Origin: Bdellovibrionales bacterium
Lineage (GTDB): Bacteria > Bdellovibrionota > Bdellovibrionia > Bdellovibrionales > JAGQZY01
Length of the DNA: 58,045 nt
NCBI GenBank assembly: GCA_031426555.1
Contig: JANPLN010000039.1
Location: 1 to 58,045 of the forward strand
Reading direction: 5' to 3'
Shown: piece by piece, positions 55,965 through 58,045 of the stretch
Layout of the letters: every line of letters begins with the position of its first letter
Numbering within the stretch: position 1 is the first letter of the stretch
The notes under the pieces: model-generated
Seen by the model: the letters and a program-made list of their open reading frames with translations, nothing else
Told to the model about the DNA's origin: nothing
Databases searched by the model: none
Position numbers and translations under genes: made by a program

Positions 55965-58045
55965 ATGAAAATCGGTCAAGAATCTGAAAACGAAAATACC
56001 TTTTTACATGCCGTTCTAGACAATCTGGCTGACGGTGTTGTTGCGTGCGATGCCGAAGGTCACTTGACTATTTTTAACCGGGCGACTCGCGAATTTCATG
56101 GTTTACCCGAAAAATCCATCCCACCAGATCAATGGGCCGACTATTACAATTTGTTCGAATCGGATGGAATTACCCCTTTGAAAAAAGAACGAATACCGCT
56201 TTTTCGCGCTCTCATTGAGGGCAAAGTTGAAAACGCTGAAATGAGCATCAAGCCAAAAGATGCAAGTGTAAGATCTATTGTGGCAAGCGGTCAGGCTTTC
56301 AAAGATAAAACCGGCAACCTCTTGGGTGCCGTCGTCATCATGCGCGATCAAACTCAGATAAGAGACTCCGAGGAGCGGCGACTCAAGCTCGAATTAGAAA
56401 AACAACAGTTGTTAGCAGACGAAGAAAAATCAAAGCAGTTTCAGGTGTTAGCAAATACAATCCCACAGCTGGCTTGGATGGCAACGCCTGATGGGCACAT
56501 TTACTGGTACAATCAACGTTGGTATGATTACACGGGTTCCACTCCCGAGGAGATGCAAGGTTGGGGCTGGACAAAAGTTCACAAGCCGGAAACGTTACCG
56601 AAAGTTTTGAAAAAGTGGAACGAAGCTTTGGCTGCGGGAACTGCCTGGCAGGATGAATTTCAGGTGAAAAGTAAACTTGGTGAATACAGGTGGTTTTTGT
56701 CCCGGGCGCAGCCTCTACGGAATTCTGATGGGCAAATCACGAGTTGGTTTGGTACCAATACGGACATCGAGGATACAACAAAATTACACCGTGAATTAGT
56801 CGATACAATCGAAAGCATGCACGACGGCTTTGTCGCCCTCGACGAAAACTGGTGTATTACGATGGTGAATTCAAAAACTGAATCCATATCGCAGGTAAAA
56901 CGCGAAAATCAAGTGGGTAAAAATATTTGGGAGCTTTACTATCCAAATGGCTCCTATAAGGATTCTATTTCGTACAAACATTATACGAAGACCATGAACG
57001 AACGCGTGTACACGGAGTTCGAAGATTATTATGAGCCCCTAGATATCTGGGTTGCTGTTCGCGTATTTCCAAAAATCGAGGGTGGAATTGCATTATTCAT
57101 CACGGATATTACACAGCGAAAAAAATCGGAAGTTGAACTTAAAAAGGCCATCGTCGACGCCGAACACGCTAAAGTAGAGGCCGACCGTGCCAACAAACTC
57201 AAATCCGCCTTTTTAGCAAACATGTCCCATGAAATTCGAACTCCGCTTGGCGCTATGATCGGGTTTGCCGACCTCCTCCGCGATCCAGGTATAAGCAATA
57301 CAGAGCGCAGCAACTACGTCGATATCCTCATGCGAAACGGCGAGCAGCTTTCGATTATCATCAATGACATCCTTGACCTCTCAAAAGTCGAAGCGGGGCA
57401 TTTAACTTTAGAGTATGTCACGGTGGCGCCCGACACCATTGCCCTCGATGTTATTTCACTTTTACAGGTGAAAGCGAAAGAAAAAAATTTGGCACTCGAA
57501 TTTATCTTTGAGGAATCAGCACCTAAAAAGTTGTGGACCGATCCAACACGTGTTCGACAAATCCTGCTTAATTTAATTGGCAATGCCATCAAATTCACTC
57601 CGTTTGGTTCTGTAAAGGTTCGCATGTTCGGGGAAGACACAACTTTTGGAATTAAAAACGTGTGCATCGAAGTTAAGGACACGGGAATTGGTATCCCTCC
57701 CTCTTTAAAAGAAAAGATTTTCGAAATGTTCGTGCAGGCGGACGACACCACGACTCGACGCTTTGGTGGAACGGGGATTGGTCTGGCATTGTCACGACAT
57801 TTAGCACGCGCGCTGCGCGGGGAAATTATCATCAGCGACACACGCGAAGGATTCGGCACGACATTTTTGGTTTCAATCCCAGATCAACCGCATAAATTTG
57901 CGAGCGAAAAACCTGCGCTGCCTGCAGTTCCCGATGAGGTCGAAATAAAAAACCTTGCCCTCTCTGGATTGAGGATTTTAGTGGTCGACGATTCCCCCGA
58001 TAATCTACAGTTGCTTTGGAATTATCTGAATAAGGAGGGGGCGAT
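55965..58045 (+). CDS. Cytoplasmic multi-PAS hybrid histidine kinase (runs off the window; absent from the ORF track)
   Basis: ATG 55965 is in frame with the DGVVACD, IPQLAW..WYNQRWYDYTG and DGFVALD PAS motifs, [15 protein letters not shown] (57222 region) and receiver LRILVVDDSPDN (57969). Confidence 0.92.
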   Translation, partial: MKIGQESENENTFLHAVLDNLADGVVACDAEGHLTIFNRATREFHGLPEKSIPPDQWADYYNLFESDGITPLKKERIPLFRALIEGKVENAEMSIKPKDASVRSIVASGQAFKDKTGNLLGAVVIMRDQTQIRDSEERRLKLELEKQQLLADEEKSKQFQVLANTIPQLAWMATPDGHIYWYNQRWYDYTGSTPEEMQGWGWTKVHKPETLPKVLKKWNEALAAGTAWQDEFQVKSKLGEYRWFLSRAQPLRNSDGQITSWFGTNTDIEDTTKLHRELVDTIESMHDGFVALDENWCITMVNSKTESISQVKRENQVGKNIWELYYPNGSYKDSISYKHYTKTMNERVYTEFEDYYEPLDIWVAVRVFPKIEGGIALFITDITQRKKSEVELKKAIVDAEHAKVEADRANKLKSAFLANMSHEIRTPLGAMIGFADLLRDPGISNTERSNYVDILMRNGEQLSIIINDILDLSKVEAGHLTLEYVTVAPDTIALDVISLLQVKAKEKNLALEFIFEESAPKKLWTDPTRVRQILLNLIGNAIKFTPFGSVKVRMFGEDTTFGIKNVCIEVKDTGIGIPPSLKEKIFEMFVQADDTTTRRFGGTGIGLALSRHLARALRGEIIISDTREGFGTTFLVSIPDQPHKFASEKPALPAVPDEVEIKNLALSGLRILVVDDSPDNLQLLWNYLNKEGA

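Noticed and set aside
56103..57859. Minus-strand ORFs in the track (e.g. 57314..57859)
   Set aside because: Antisense shadows of the plus-strand hybrid kinase starting at 55965

Overview
Gene-dense bacterial chromosomal segment; gene content suggests a Bdellovibrionota-like predator (inference, not a database result). No rRNA, tRNA, CRISPR array, transposase or integrase was found. The left 24 kb has housekeeping and envelope genes: an RluA-family enzyme, a TPR/HTH regulator divergent from a tri-haem cytochrome-YceI-haem-beta-barrel operon, an S9 peptidase, lexA, srkA, motAB and a KamA-family enzyme. It also has a 166-bp palindromic element (perfect 58-bp arms) with a second, partial copy at base 1. 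The main discovery is an ~18-kb general-stress-response-type island at ~24-42 kb (DUF1328, CsbD, DUF883, BON, YflT-like, PldA, PqiB/PqiA, hemerythrin, DUF748, AI-2E). Its transcription units are headed by sigma54 -24/-12 promoters; two more such promoters lie at 46.2 and 52.0 kb. All seven have a shared GTNS-N7(AT-rich)-GDAC palindrome upstream at ~10-bp-phased distances. The island encodes its own NtrC-type activator (GAFTGA), hybrid kinase, Hpt protein and two unusual single-domain receivers, and more hybrid kinases lie nearby. Other candidates: a non-canonical LexA operator, back-to-back sigma28-like promoters, many apparently leaderless genes and micro-duplications at gene ends.
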